A stretch of 64,000 bases of DNA from Pseudomonas phage vB_PaeM_GXNNA8: sequence record PV400810.1. One strand, 5' to 3'. How positions within the stretch are numbered: position 1 is the first letter of the stretch; each line of letters starts with the position of its first letter. The notes below the pieces were generated by a model. The model did no database searches. It had not been told where the DNA came from and was given only the letters and a program-made list of their open reading frames with translations. Both the position numbers and the translations under genes were made by a program. Below are positions 29,423 through 36,891 of the stretch, one piece after another.

Positions 29423-29440
29423 TAATCTAGGTTTAAAATA
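29423..29440 (-). promoter_or_regulatory. promoter-like 18-mer, copy 2 (minus-strand sense ATTTTAAACCTAGATTAT)
   Basis: Lies 30 nt upstream of the ATG at 29392 and immediately downstream of hairpin 29448-29482. Confidence 0.5.
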
Positions 29441-29447
29441 CGCTATA

Positions 29448-29482
29448 CCGTAATAAACCCTCCTACCTCCCTTCAAAGGGAG
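29448..29482 (-). terminator. hairpin ccctcctacctccctt / aagggaggtaggaggg (16 bp perfect)
   Basis: A perfect inverted repeat follows gene 29513-29809. Confidence 0.6.
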
Positions 29483-29512
29483 GTAGGAGGGTATTTACAC
29501 GGTGTTTACGGG

Positions 29513-29809
29513 TTAGAGCTTAGAAGAGAGTTTGTCTCGGGGGTTCGAGTGGGAAGTACCGGGGAGCAAGGGCTTATTCTTGAGGGTGCCGGAAATGGTC
29601 TTACCGTCCGCATTCACCACGTAAAGATCCCCATCAATCACCCGGAGCAAGGTTCTCCCATCAGCAAACTCGACCGTGAGCTCCCGCCGTTCCTTATGTG
29701 GGTCCCAAGAGATAGCAAACCGATCTCCCTGGCCCACAATAATACCTTCATAGTCACGGGAGGTGCCATTCCCACAGTCCTCTCGCATGACCTTTATAAT
29801 GAACGACAT
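29513..29809 (-). CDS. hypothetical protein (98 aa)
   Basis: ORF only. Confidence 0.45.
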   Translation of the reverse strand: MSFIIKVMREDCGNGTSRDYEGIIVGQGDRFAISWDPHKERRELTVEFADGRTLLRVIDGDLYVVNADGKTISGTLKNKPLLPGTSHSNPRDKLSSKL

Positions 29810-29846
29810 GACGGTATCCTCTGCACATAGCGGATAAAGAAAAGGT

Positions 29847-29883
29847 CCTGTTCCCTACCCCTCTGAGAAAGGTAGGGAACAGG
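29847..29883 (-). terminator. hairpin cctgttccctacc-(11 nt)-ggtagggaacagg (13 bp perfect)
   Basis: Sits in the non-coding island beside the tRNA. A second hairpin, ccatcctg...caggatgg, lies at about 29906-29936. Confidence 0.5.
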
Positions 29884-30026
29884 TACACCGTCACCCCTGT
29901 CAAGAAGCCGCGGTCCATCCTGGAAGAGAGAAGAGAACAGGATGGCTGGCGGAGCGGGACAGTGCAGGGCATTTGGGGGAGGGTAGTGCCGAGCCTGTGT
30001 GTCCCAGTCTTTGGGGTAACGATGTT

Positions 30027-30102
30027 TGGTTCCGTGACCAGGGTTCGAACCCGGGACCTACTGTTTACGAAACAGTTGCTCTACCTACTGAGCTATCACG
30101 GA
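30027..30102 (-). tRNA. tRNA-Thr (anticodon CGU), 76 nt with genomically encoded CCA
   Basis: The reverse complement folds as a canonical cloverleaf. Acceptor TCCGTGA/TCACGGA is 7 bp. D-arm is GCTC-AGTAGGTA-GAGC. Anticodon arm is ACTGT-TTCGTAA-ACAGT, giving U33 and C34-G35-U36. The variable loop is 5 nt. T-arm is CCGGG-TTCGAAC-CCTGG. Discriminator A is followed by CCA. Confidence 0.85.
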
Positions 30103-30443
30103 GTAAACTTAACCTAAATGGATCACCACGATTTCAGTTCCAAAGGTGTCAGCCACCCATTGGTTGAAGTCTTTACGCTTGAGTCCACAGTAGGAGAAAA
30201 TAACAGACGAAATTCTACCGGGCGAACCAGTCCAACAAACCGTATTCGTTCATTGTGTTTTTCTTCCAGTGTTACACTTGAATCGAAAGGGGGTCCGTTC
30301 GCCATTGTCATACCTATTCACCCCATCACAAGGAATAGATAGACCTGTACTGTTTTATGCTCTCGGCCACGGACGACTGCGAGTAACCGCTAAGGGTTAC
30401 TGTTACGAGAGCACCCCTTACAAGGGAAAGATTACGGAAACGA

Positions 30444-30635
30444 CTAACTGGACTTGGAAGGGGTCTTTTTCGAAGATTCCGCTTTATCGGAACTGGGGTC
30501 GAACCACCCCGCCTTCTTGTCTTCCTCGTACCAATGCTTAGCCACCTCGTGATCGATACCCACTTTCTTAGCGAACTCAGCGCTGTGGGCGGCGTCTCGC
30601 ATAAGGTTGGCTTGTTTACGTGATACACTTGGCAT
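30444..30635 (-). CDS. small conserved-looking hypothetical protein (63 aa; MPSVSRKQANLMRDAAH...)
   Basis: The N-terminal S-x-KQ-x-LM-x-AAH motif resembles a DUF3008-like family, recalled from memory and not verified. The overlapping 114-aa ORF in another frame is Arg-rich and probably spurious. Confidence 0.4.
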   Translation of the reverse strand: MPSVSRKQANLMRDAAHSAEFAKKVGIDHEVAKHWYEEDKKAGWFDPSSDKAESSKKTPSKSS

Positions 30636-30692
30636 AGGGTTACCTCTTCTAGAAAAAGAGCGCCCGACATAGATTGGAACGGATGTGGAAGA

Positions 30693-31040
30693 TTAATGCT
30701 GACCCTTTACCTCCGCCCAGAAGGAAGCCTTCAGGTTACAACCCCACGCATAGAACTTGACGTAGTAACGAAGGGTCTCCTCCACCGTTTCAACCAGTTC
30801 TTGGGCGTGTTCAGCGCTCATAACCGATTCCTTAGCCGGTGGGCCCAGGTCTACCCGTTCCTTAAAGGCGGCTGTAAGCACCGGGTAGTTGGCCTCGAGG
30901 GGAAGATCGTTGGTCAGGAAGTACTTGTGGTACAACAAACTCAACCCCGAGCAGACCCCCAGGTAGCGGTCATCGCTGACGGTTTGAAGTTGGAGACACT
31001 CTTTAACCAATCGAGCCCAATGGACCATTCTCATGTTCAT
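30693..31040 (-). CDS. hypothetical protein (115 aa)
   Basis: ORF only. Confidence 0.45.
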   Translation of the reverse strand: MNMRMVHWARLVKECLQLQTVSDDRYLGVCSGLSLLYHKYFLTNDLPLEANYPVLTAAFKERVDLGPPAKESVMSAEHAQELVETVEETLRYYVKFYAWGCNLKASFWAEVKGQH

Positions 31041-31073
31041 TCTCCCTCGGTGGAATAAGGATTAACGGAATGC

Positions 31074-31880
31074 TCAGTGATGAGCAGACGGTTTGGTGTT
31101 ACGCCGGGTGATTTCTTGGTAATGGACCTCCTCCAACGACAGGGAAGGATTGTCATTACGCTTACTCAACACATACCCCAACAGCAGGGGTTGGTGGATA
31201 ACGATTTCCCGGGAAGTGAGAGGGAATTTCTCACTGTAGTACGGCACCCAGCTCTGTTGTTTCAGCAGTTGTTCGATTACCCGGGTTTTCTCATCCTTAG
31301 CGAATTCGATGTTCTCGTGGGTGAATTCGAGCTCATGGGTAATGATGTACCAATGGATCCAAGGATGCGCACCGCCCAAGCGGTCGCAGTAGAAGACACT
31401 GGGTTCGTTGTCCCCTGGGACGTAGAAGCGTCCGGGGTCGCTCTCTTCAAAATTATCCCCTGTGTGGTATACGATAGAACTGAACTGACCGTTGGGTAGG
31501 GTTTTATTCCGATAGAACTCCACATCCCAACGATCCACCACTTCCATTCGAGGGTCCGAAGGATCCTCCGAATTGCAACGGATAATGTAGATCACGAAGG
31601 TGTAGGACCCATCCGGGTCTACAGGCCGATCCAACCCCGCAGAGCGGAGGTCGTACAATGCCCGATAAGGATCCTTGGAGTACAACCCCTCTTCCTCATC
31701 AACTATCCGTTTAACCACTTTAACGGCTTCAGGGAGCGTTGTGAAGGCTTTTGCGTCGTACCAGTGGGTCATGTAGCGGGGATGGTCAAACGCCTCACCA
31801 TAAGCGTTATAGAAGCGTGTAACGGCATCTCCTTGGTTATTGAGACGGGAATCAATCCGGATGATGTAGGAAATGGACAT
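31074..31880 (-). CDS. hypothetical protein, paralog family A, member 1 (268 aa)
   Basis: Clearly paralogous to 32911-33696: LGGAHPWIHWYIITHELEFT versus LEGAHPWVYWYIRSHELEFT, VDRWDVEF versus VDRWGVDF, and SLEEVHYQEI versus TLEEIHQQKL. Confidence 0.55.
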   Translation of the reverse strand: MSISYIIRIDSRLNNQGDAVTRFYNAYGEAFDHPRYMTHWYDAKAFTTLPEAVKVVKRIVDEEEGLYSKDPYRALYDLRSAGLDRPVDPDGSYTFVIYIIRCNSEDPSDPRMEVVDRWDVEFYRNKTLPNGQFSSIVYHTGDNFEESDPGRFYVPGDNEPSVFYCDRLGGAHPWIHWYIITHELEFTHENIEFAKDEKTRVIEQLLKQQSWVPYYSEKFPLTSREIVIHQPLLLGYVLSKRNDNPSLSLEEVHYQEITRRNTKPSAHH

Positions 31881-31935
31881 GATGATTTCCTTTTAAGGGG
31901 GGGTAGGGTTGTAGGACGTGGGGAAGAGTATTCCA

Positions 31936-32301
31936 TCAATGGAGGGTGTGTGGGATTTCTTCGACTTCACTCATGTATTCTTCGGCGACACGAAGCACGC
32001 CTTCCAACGTTTCGCCGCCGTACTTAGCATCTTTGTAGATTCCCATCGACAATTCGCCATCATTGTACATCATGATGACTCCCTGGGGATGGATACCTTC
32101 AACATTTTGAATACGGATTGAGATGATAATCGCAGTTAAGAGGGTGGGTTGATATTTATATCCCTGATGCAGGATGAAATCGACTATTTCGCCGTCAATC
32201 TCTAAGGTAATACACACCCTCGCGTTAGGACCCTTCAGGCGCTGGATATCTTGAAGATTCTTCGCCATCGATTCAAATACTTCTTTAATCGTTCTTTCCA
32301 T
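31936..32301 (-). CDS. hypothetical protein (121 aa)
   Basis: ORF only. Confidence 0.45.
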   Translation of the reverse strand: MERTIKEVFESMAKNLQDIQRLKGPNARVCITLEIDGEIVDFILHQGYKYQPTLLTAIIISIRIQNVEGIHPQGVIMMYNDGELSMGIYKDAKYGGETLEGVLRVAEEYMSEVEEIPHTLH

Positions 32302-32376
32302 AAATCACCCAAATACGAAATGGAGGGTTGTAGGTTAATCGCCGAACTGATCGTTTTGGGTACCTATAAACTCCTC

Positions 32377-32874
32377 CTAGTTACGGGGTTTTACAGCGAT
32401 AACTTCGAATGCTTCACCGATAGGCTTGTCAGCGTAGAGGGCTCCCAACGGAACGTTAACGTCGAAGTATTTACCAAAAAGGTGAACGAATTCATCCGCT
32501 CCAAAGGTAAACCCCTTATTCTCTCCATTACACACGTTGATTTCCTCCCCACGGAAATCATAGACCCGCCTGGGAGTAACGAGGATAGCGCGTTGTTCCG
32601 CATCCGCAATCAGGCTTTGCCATCCTTCAAGGGTCAAATGGCAGGGGAGGGTCGTCAGTGAATACGCCGCTTTCATGCGTTCGGGGTTGGGTTTCTTGTA
32701 GAACACCGCACAGAGAATCGGTTGGCCTTCAATGGTCGATTCAAACGGGCAGGTGTAAAAGAAGTCGCCCTTTTGGATGTCATTGGTTACCAGCGCGTAC
32801 TGGCGATGACGAATCAACATACATAGAGTTTTTCTAGCCATTACAAATTCCTTGACTACTGAAATAACTACCAA
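32377..32874 (-). CDS. hypothetical protein (probable start MARKTLC... near 32838)
   Basis: ORF only. Confidence 0.45.
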   Translation of the reverse strand: MVVISVVKEFVMARKTLCMLIRHRQYALVTNDIQKGDFFYTCPFESTIEGQPILCAVFYKKPNPERMKAAYSLTTLPCHLTLEGWQSLIADAEQRAILVTPRRVYDFRGEEINVCNGENKGFTFGADEFVHLFGKYFDVNVPLGALYADKPIGEAFEVIAVKPRN

Positions 32875-32910
32875 CAGAGGCCCTGTGAGGCCTCTGTTGA
32901 ATGATTGTCT

Positions 32911-33696
32911 TTATTGTTTATCCGAAACACGACGAGACAATTTTTGTTGGTGGATTTCTTCTAGGGTGAGATCGGGGTTCTTATTACGAAGAGCCAGAAC
33001 ATCCCCCAGGAGTACTAGATCCCCCACTGCAACCTGATCCCCTGCCTTAGGAAACATCTCGTCATAAAGCTCCACATTGGAACTTTGGTTACTGATCTTA
33101 CCGATGACCTTGTCTTTCTCTTCCAAAGCAGTTTTAACTGAAGCGGAAGTGAACTCAAGTTCATGACTGCGGATATACCAGTACACCCACGGGTGAGCGC
33201 CCTCCAATGCCTTGGGGTAGAAGAGACTCGGTTCATTCTTACCCGGCAAGTAGGGCATGTTGGGTTGATCGGGATTCGTTTCGACGCGGTAGAAAGTCCT
33301 GGCGAGTTTATCTCCTCCACCCCATATGAAGTCGACTCCCCAGCGATCAACTGTTTTGACTTTCAAGTCGGAGGGATCGGTGTAGGAGAACTCGACAATG
33401 GAGAGATCGAACTCGTATTTCGTACCGGGAACAGGTGCGTTGTAATCACGACGCAGTATCCGGAATGTGAGGGGAAGATCGACCGAACCATCACCGAAGC
33501 GGGTGTTCTTATCAGTGAGCATCCGGTTAATGACTTCAGTAGCACTTTCGAGGCTGTGGAAGGTACTACAGTCCATCCAGGACTTGCTGAAATCGGGATA
33601 ACCACGAGAAGAGGGATCCTCGGCATAATACTGAGTGATGGTTCCCGGGTGGGAAGTGGAACGTTGGTCGACTTGAATGATGTAAAACGTGTTCAT
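32911..33696 (-). CDS. hypothetical protein, paralog family A, member 2 (261 aa)
   Basis: See 31074-31880. Confidence 0.55.
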   Translation of the reverse strand: MNTFYIIQVDQRSTSHPGTITQYYAEDPSSRGYPDFSKSWMDCSTFHSLESATEVINRMLTDKNTRFGDGSVDLPLTFRILRRDYNAPVPGTKYEFDLSIVEFSYTDPSDLKVKTVDRWGVDFIWGGGDKLARTFYRVETNPDQPNMPYLPGKNEPSLFYPKALEGAHPWVYWYIRSHELEFTSASVKTALEEKDKVIGKISNQSSNVELYDEMFPKAGDQVAVGDLVLLGDVLALRNKNPDLTLEEIHQQKLSRRVSDKQ

Positions 33697-33713
33697 ACCA
33701 CCCCCTCGTCTTG

Positions 33714-34037
33714 TTAAGTCAAAAGGTCACTGAAATTGTCATGTAGGATTTGGGTGAACGGCTCTCCCAAGTCTTCACAACATGGGTCACCTATTCTCTC
33801 GGCCAGATGATCCATGTGTAGATTATCGAGGAATTCCGTGTGTTCTTCCTCGCTGTACCAAGATTCAACGAGATGGTCTAACACACAATAATTGATTTCC
33901 CCGTCGTACTCGATAACTCGATACGTCCCATTCTCCAGGTATTCTTTGTTGTTATGGAAATCAACGGAATCCCGTTCGCCTACGATGGGACTCGACAGAG
34001 GGGTCCGTTCTTTCCCTTCCTTACGAACTGTTGCCAT
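33714..34037 (-). CDS. small, strongly acidic hypothetical protein (107 aa)
   Basis: Asp/Glu-rich throughout, for example EEEHTEFLDNLHMDHLAERIGDPCCEDLGEP. Confidence 0.45.
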   Translation of the reverse strand: MATVRKEGKERTPLSSPIVGERDSVDFHNNKEYLENGTYRVIEYDGEINYCVLDHLVESWYSEEEHTEFLDNLHMDHLAERIGDPCCEDLGEPFTQILHDNFSDLLT

Positions 34038-34061
34038 GGGGGTTACTCCTTCTGAAAGATG

Positions 34062-34544
34062 TTAAAAGTCTTCGACGTAGAAGAGTTTGACCAATTCAAT
34101 ATGACGAACCACTTTACCCAGGAGTTCGTCTTTGTAATCCACACCCCCATGCAACAGGTGTTTGTTCTTGAAATCCCGTTCCAGATCTTTCATTCCCCAG
34201 CCCAGGGTCCCTACGGTCAACCCTGCAATGACCCCTTTAGTGTTCCGTACGATCTTAATCCGGAAACGAATGTTCCCTGAATACCCTTCTCCGAAACCGT
34301 GGATAGCACCTTTGTTCCGCTCCTGGTAGATGGTGTGGAGAAAGAAGAAGTCTTCCGTCTTGGCTTCACCCCGGGGTAGGTGATTGAGAATATCCTTATC
34401 GATAGGGAGTTGGGTGATTACCCGATCGAAGTTGGAGAAGAACACCCCAACTTCCTCGTACCCTTTGTAAATGTCATCCACAACGCCGGGGAGGGGTTGA
34501 GCATTAATGATCATTTCTTGTAGCCGTGATTTAATCGGTAGCAT
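34062..34544 (-). CDS. hypothetical protein (160 aa)
   Basis: ORF only. Confidence 0.5.
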   Translation of the reverse strand: MLPIKSRLQEMIINAQPLPGVVDDIYKGYEEVGVFFSNFDRVITQLPIDKDILNHLPRGEAKTEDFFFLHTIYQERNKGAIHGFGEGYSGNIRFRIKIVRNTKGVIAGLTVGTLGWGMKDLERDFKNKHLLHGGVDYKDELLGKVVRHIELVKLFYVEDF

Positions 34545-34629
34545 TTTGGATTACCTCAGGTGTTTGTGAAATTCTAAATGATTCTGGTCAATGTACGTAT
34601 TAGATACACTCAACAGAATAATTTAACCA

Positions 34630-34650
34630 CCGGTAGGTTATCCCTACCGG
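34630..34650 (-). terminator. hairpin ccggtagg-ttatc-cctaccgg
   Basis: 8-bp perfect stem after gene 34669-35136. Confidence 0.45.
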
Positions 34651-34668
34651 GGTATTGATGGTGAGGGG

Positions 34669-35136
34669 TTAGTCTTTACCACCTTCAATGACCTTGAACG
34701 GAGAGGTGTGTCCATTCTGAGGTTTAGGGGCGGAGGATTCTTTCTTATCGTCCTGACCTGGAGGAGTGATTTCACCAGGGGCGAGCATCAGGTGACCATC
34801 TTCATCCTGACCTACGATTCGACACACCCCACCCAGGTAAATCAAGTCTCTGTTATACCGTACACCCAAGATATCTTCATACTTGATGAAGAGCTCGTAT
34901 ACCTTCCCCTGGCAACGGCATTCGAAATGAACGTACTCCTCATGGAAATGAAGGTACTTCACCGCGAACCCTCCGATGTTGAAGAAGACGCTGGGGTTCC
35001 CTTGACCGATTTCTTTCACTTCAGGGCTGGCGTCGGTGTTAACCAGGATGACACACGCACCCGTGGTTTCATTCAGGTAGGTGTACAGGGCTTCCAGGTG
35101 CAGTTTACGGAAGTCCGGTGGCATTTTCTTCGACAT
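34669..35136 (-). CDS. hypothetical protein; possible SspB-like adaptor fold with a flexible C-terminal tail
   Basis: The hydrophobic pattern L-A-Y-YL...VILVNTD...VFFNIGGFAV..L.F.EEYVHF resembles the SspB substrate-binding domain. A Gly/Pro/Lys-rich tail ends in ...SPFKVIEGGKD, where the SspB ClpX-binding tail ends in LRVVK. The similarity is weak. Confidence 0.4.
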   Translation of the reverse strand: MSKKMPPDFRKLHLEALYTYLNETTGACVILVNTDASPEVKEIGQGNPSVFFNIGGFAVKYLHFHEEYVHFECRCQGKVYELFIKYEDILGVRYNRDLIYLGGVCRIVGQDEDGHLMLAPGEITPPGQDDKKESSAPKPQNGHTSPFKVIEGGKD

Positions 35137-35267
35137 AACGGTGTCCTATAAGTGGATTAATGACAAAAGGTTTTTAATCAACGATGGATGGACCCAGTTT
35201 ACTCCCTAGGTCAATCCTGTACTGCTTGGCGAATACCTCCTATGAGGCGCCAACATCCAGGTCTTTT

Positions 35268-35519
35268 TCATACGGTTCTCCTGTAGAACAGGTTGTATTT
35301 AAAGAAGTCTTCAAGGGAATAGATATACCTGGGATCAGTGACCAGCCAGCATTGACCATCCCGAACTTCAACACGACGGGCATGTTGATAGACGTGATGA
35401 TGGTGCGAAGGGGAGGTTACATAAGTCCCATTGGGGAGTTTCCGCAATTCCTCTTGACTCAGAAACTTTCCATTAGGATTTATTCCGGTAGGGTAACAAC
35501 CCTTATTCATTCTAAACAT
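35268..35519 (-). CDS. small hypothetical protein (83 aa; contains HHHH)
   Basis: ORF only. Confidence 0.35.
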   Translation of the reverse strand: MFRMNKGCYPTGINPNGKFLSQEELRKLPNGTYVTSPSHHHHVYQHARRVEVRDGQCWLVTDPRYIYSLEDFFKYNLFYRRTV

Positions 35520-35535
35520 ACGTCTTCCTCAAGAA

Positions 35536-35559
35536 AGTCTCCCCTAAGGAGGGGAGACT
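35536..35559 (-). terminator. hairpin agtctcccc-taagga-ggggagact
   Basis: 9-bp perfect stem between minus-strand genes. Confidence 0.45.
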
Positions 35560-35575
35560 GTTTGCCGTTAATCCT

Positions 35576-36007
35576 TTACACTTCGGAGGGAGGAAGGTTC
35601 TGATACGCATTCAACAGAAGCTCACCCACCTCCAAGGCATGGGAATGGGAATACCCCATAACCTGACTGTACCAAGTCACCCACTCAGGAGAGAGCTGAT
35701 TGTCTTCAGTCAAGAGAGGGGGTTGAGGAAGCCCTTGTCCAACGTTCACCCTACCCCCAGAATTCACCCCGACTTGCATCCAACGATTGTACTTCAAGGA
35801 AAGACAATTGGGGAATTCCTTTTTGTACGCATTCAACTTGGTATCCGCCTCTTCCAGGAGAGACATGGATAACGCAAACATCTCCTCACTCCTGTTAACA
35901 TTCGCGGCGGCCGAGACCTTAACCAGAAGCTGATTAGCTTCCGAAATCAGACTAAAGATTTCAGCCACTCTTGCCCGACGTTTCTTCGCTTCATCTGGCG
36001 TTAGCAT
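35576..36007 (-). CDS. hypothetical protein (143 aa)
   Basis: ORF only. Confidence 0.45.
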   Translation of the reverse strand: MLTPDEAKKRRARVAEIFSLISEANQLLVKVSAAANVNRSEEMFALSMSLLEEADTKLNAYKKEFPNCLSLKYNRWMQVGVNSGGRVNVGQGLPQPPLLTEDNQLSPEWVTWYSQVMGYSHSHALEVGELLLNAYQNLPPSEV

Positions 36008-36096
36008 GGTATTTCCCTATGTGAAAAATGAAAGAGACGTAAAGAACCCGCCTCCTCATCCCTCTTAAACAGGACAAGGAAGCGGGGGTGGGTTCT

Positions 36097-36294
36097 TCAG
36101 TGTTGGTAGACCAGGATCTCTTGCCCGTTAGGGGCGATGCGATGTCCCAAGATCACCTCTTGAGATTCATCTTCCTGAGTCTCTTGGCCGTAGTTCGCGT
36201 TCACGAACAAGAAGCCGAACATAACACCAACGCACAGAAGAAGCAGGCCGCTGGATTTCATAATAAACACCTTCCTGGCTGAGTGGGTTACCAA
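36097..36294 (-). CDS. small secreted or membrane-anchored protein (signal-peptide-like MKSSGLLLLCVGVMFGFLFVNA)
   Basis: N-terminal hydrophobic signal and an acidic mature part. Confidence 0.35.
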   Translation of the reverse strand: MVTHSARKVFIMKSSGLLLLCVGVMFGFLFVNANYGQETQEDESQEVILGHRIAPNGQEILVYQH

Positions 36295-36336
36295 AAAAGA
36301 AGAGGAGAAGGGATAACCTTCTCCTTGGAACAGACG

Positions 36337-36693
36337 TTACTCGCTGGCGCTTGGTAGGGCTTCTTGGGCGGCACCCATTACCGAACCAGCCAGTTCACCC
36401 GCGGTGATGGCGATCGACGCACCGAGCAGACCCGACCAGGCACTACCCAGAATGGTAGCTGGCGTACCGAGGTGTTGAACAGGGGACACCAGACGACCCG
36501 CCGCCCAACCGACGGTCACACCGGCCGCACCGGCGATCAGGGACGAACCGATGTTTTTGGTGCCATTGAAATGGGCGGCGGCACCCAGGACGCCTCCGAC
36601 GATCCCGGCGACAGTTGTGGCTGCGAAACCTTCCTTGCGCTCACCGGTGAAGGATTTGTTGGTGGTTTTGGCTTTGTCATTGGAAGTGGTCAT
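36337..36693 (-). CDS. glycine-zipper membrane protein (118 aa)
   Basis: GxxxG/AxxxG-rich hydrophobic segments (VAGIVGGVLGAAAH, LIAGAAGVTVGWAAG, LLGASIAITAGELAGSVMGAA) typical of glycine-zipper two-TM proteins. Confidence 0.5.
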   Translation of the reverse strand: MTTSNDKAKTTNKSFTGERKEGFAATTVAGIVGGVLGAAAHFNGTKNIGSSLIAGAAGVTVGWAAGRLVSPVQHLGTPATILGSAWSGLLGASIAITAGELAGSVMGAAQEALPSASE

Positions 36694-36825
36694 GGGTGAG
36701 TCCTCGTTCGTGTGTAGGAAATGGGGAGTAAAACAGTTAACAACTAATAGGATTGTTGCTATTCACCCTGATTATTTAGATCTGAAAATAACTGTAAGTT
36801 AAATAAATAAACCAATAAGGAATAC

Positions 36826-36855
36826 CTACCCTAGTGGAGATCCACTAGGGTAGGT
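36826..36855 (-). terminator. 30-bp perfect palindrome cctaccctagtggaGATCtccactagggtagg
   Basis: Fully self-complementary and centred on GATC. It lies downstream of gene 36892-39237. Confidence 0.55.
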
Positions 36856-36891
36856 TAATTGTTTTAATTCAATCGCGATTAAATCAAGTAT

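Noticed and set aside
29754-30342. Several 60-90 aa ORFs around the tRNA (29754-29972, 29973-30167, 30118-30342, 30123-30311, 30269-30541)
   Set aside because: They overlap the tRNA or the hairpin-dense non-coding island. They show no Shine-Dalgarno or start context and mixed strands, and are most likely spurious.
30326-30670. 114-aa minus-strand ORF overlapping the 63-aa gene in another frame
   Set aside because: It is an Arg-rich, low-complexity product. The 63-aa frame carries a recognisable conserved-looking N-terminal motif, so the shorter ORF was preferred.
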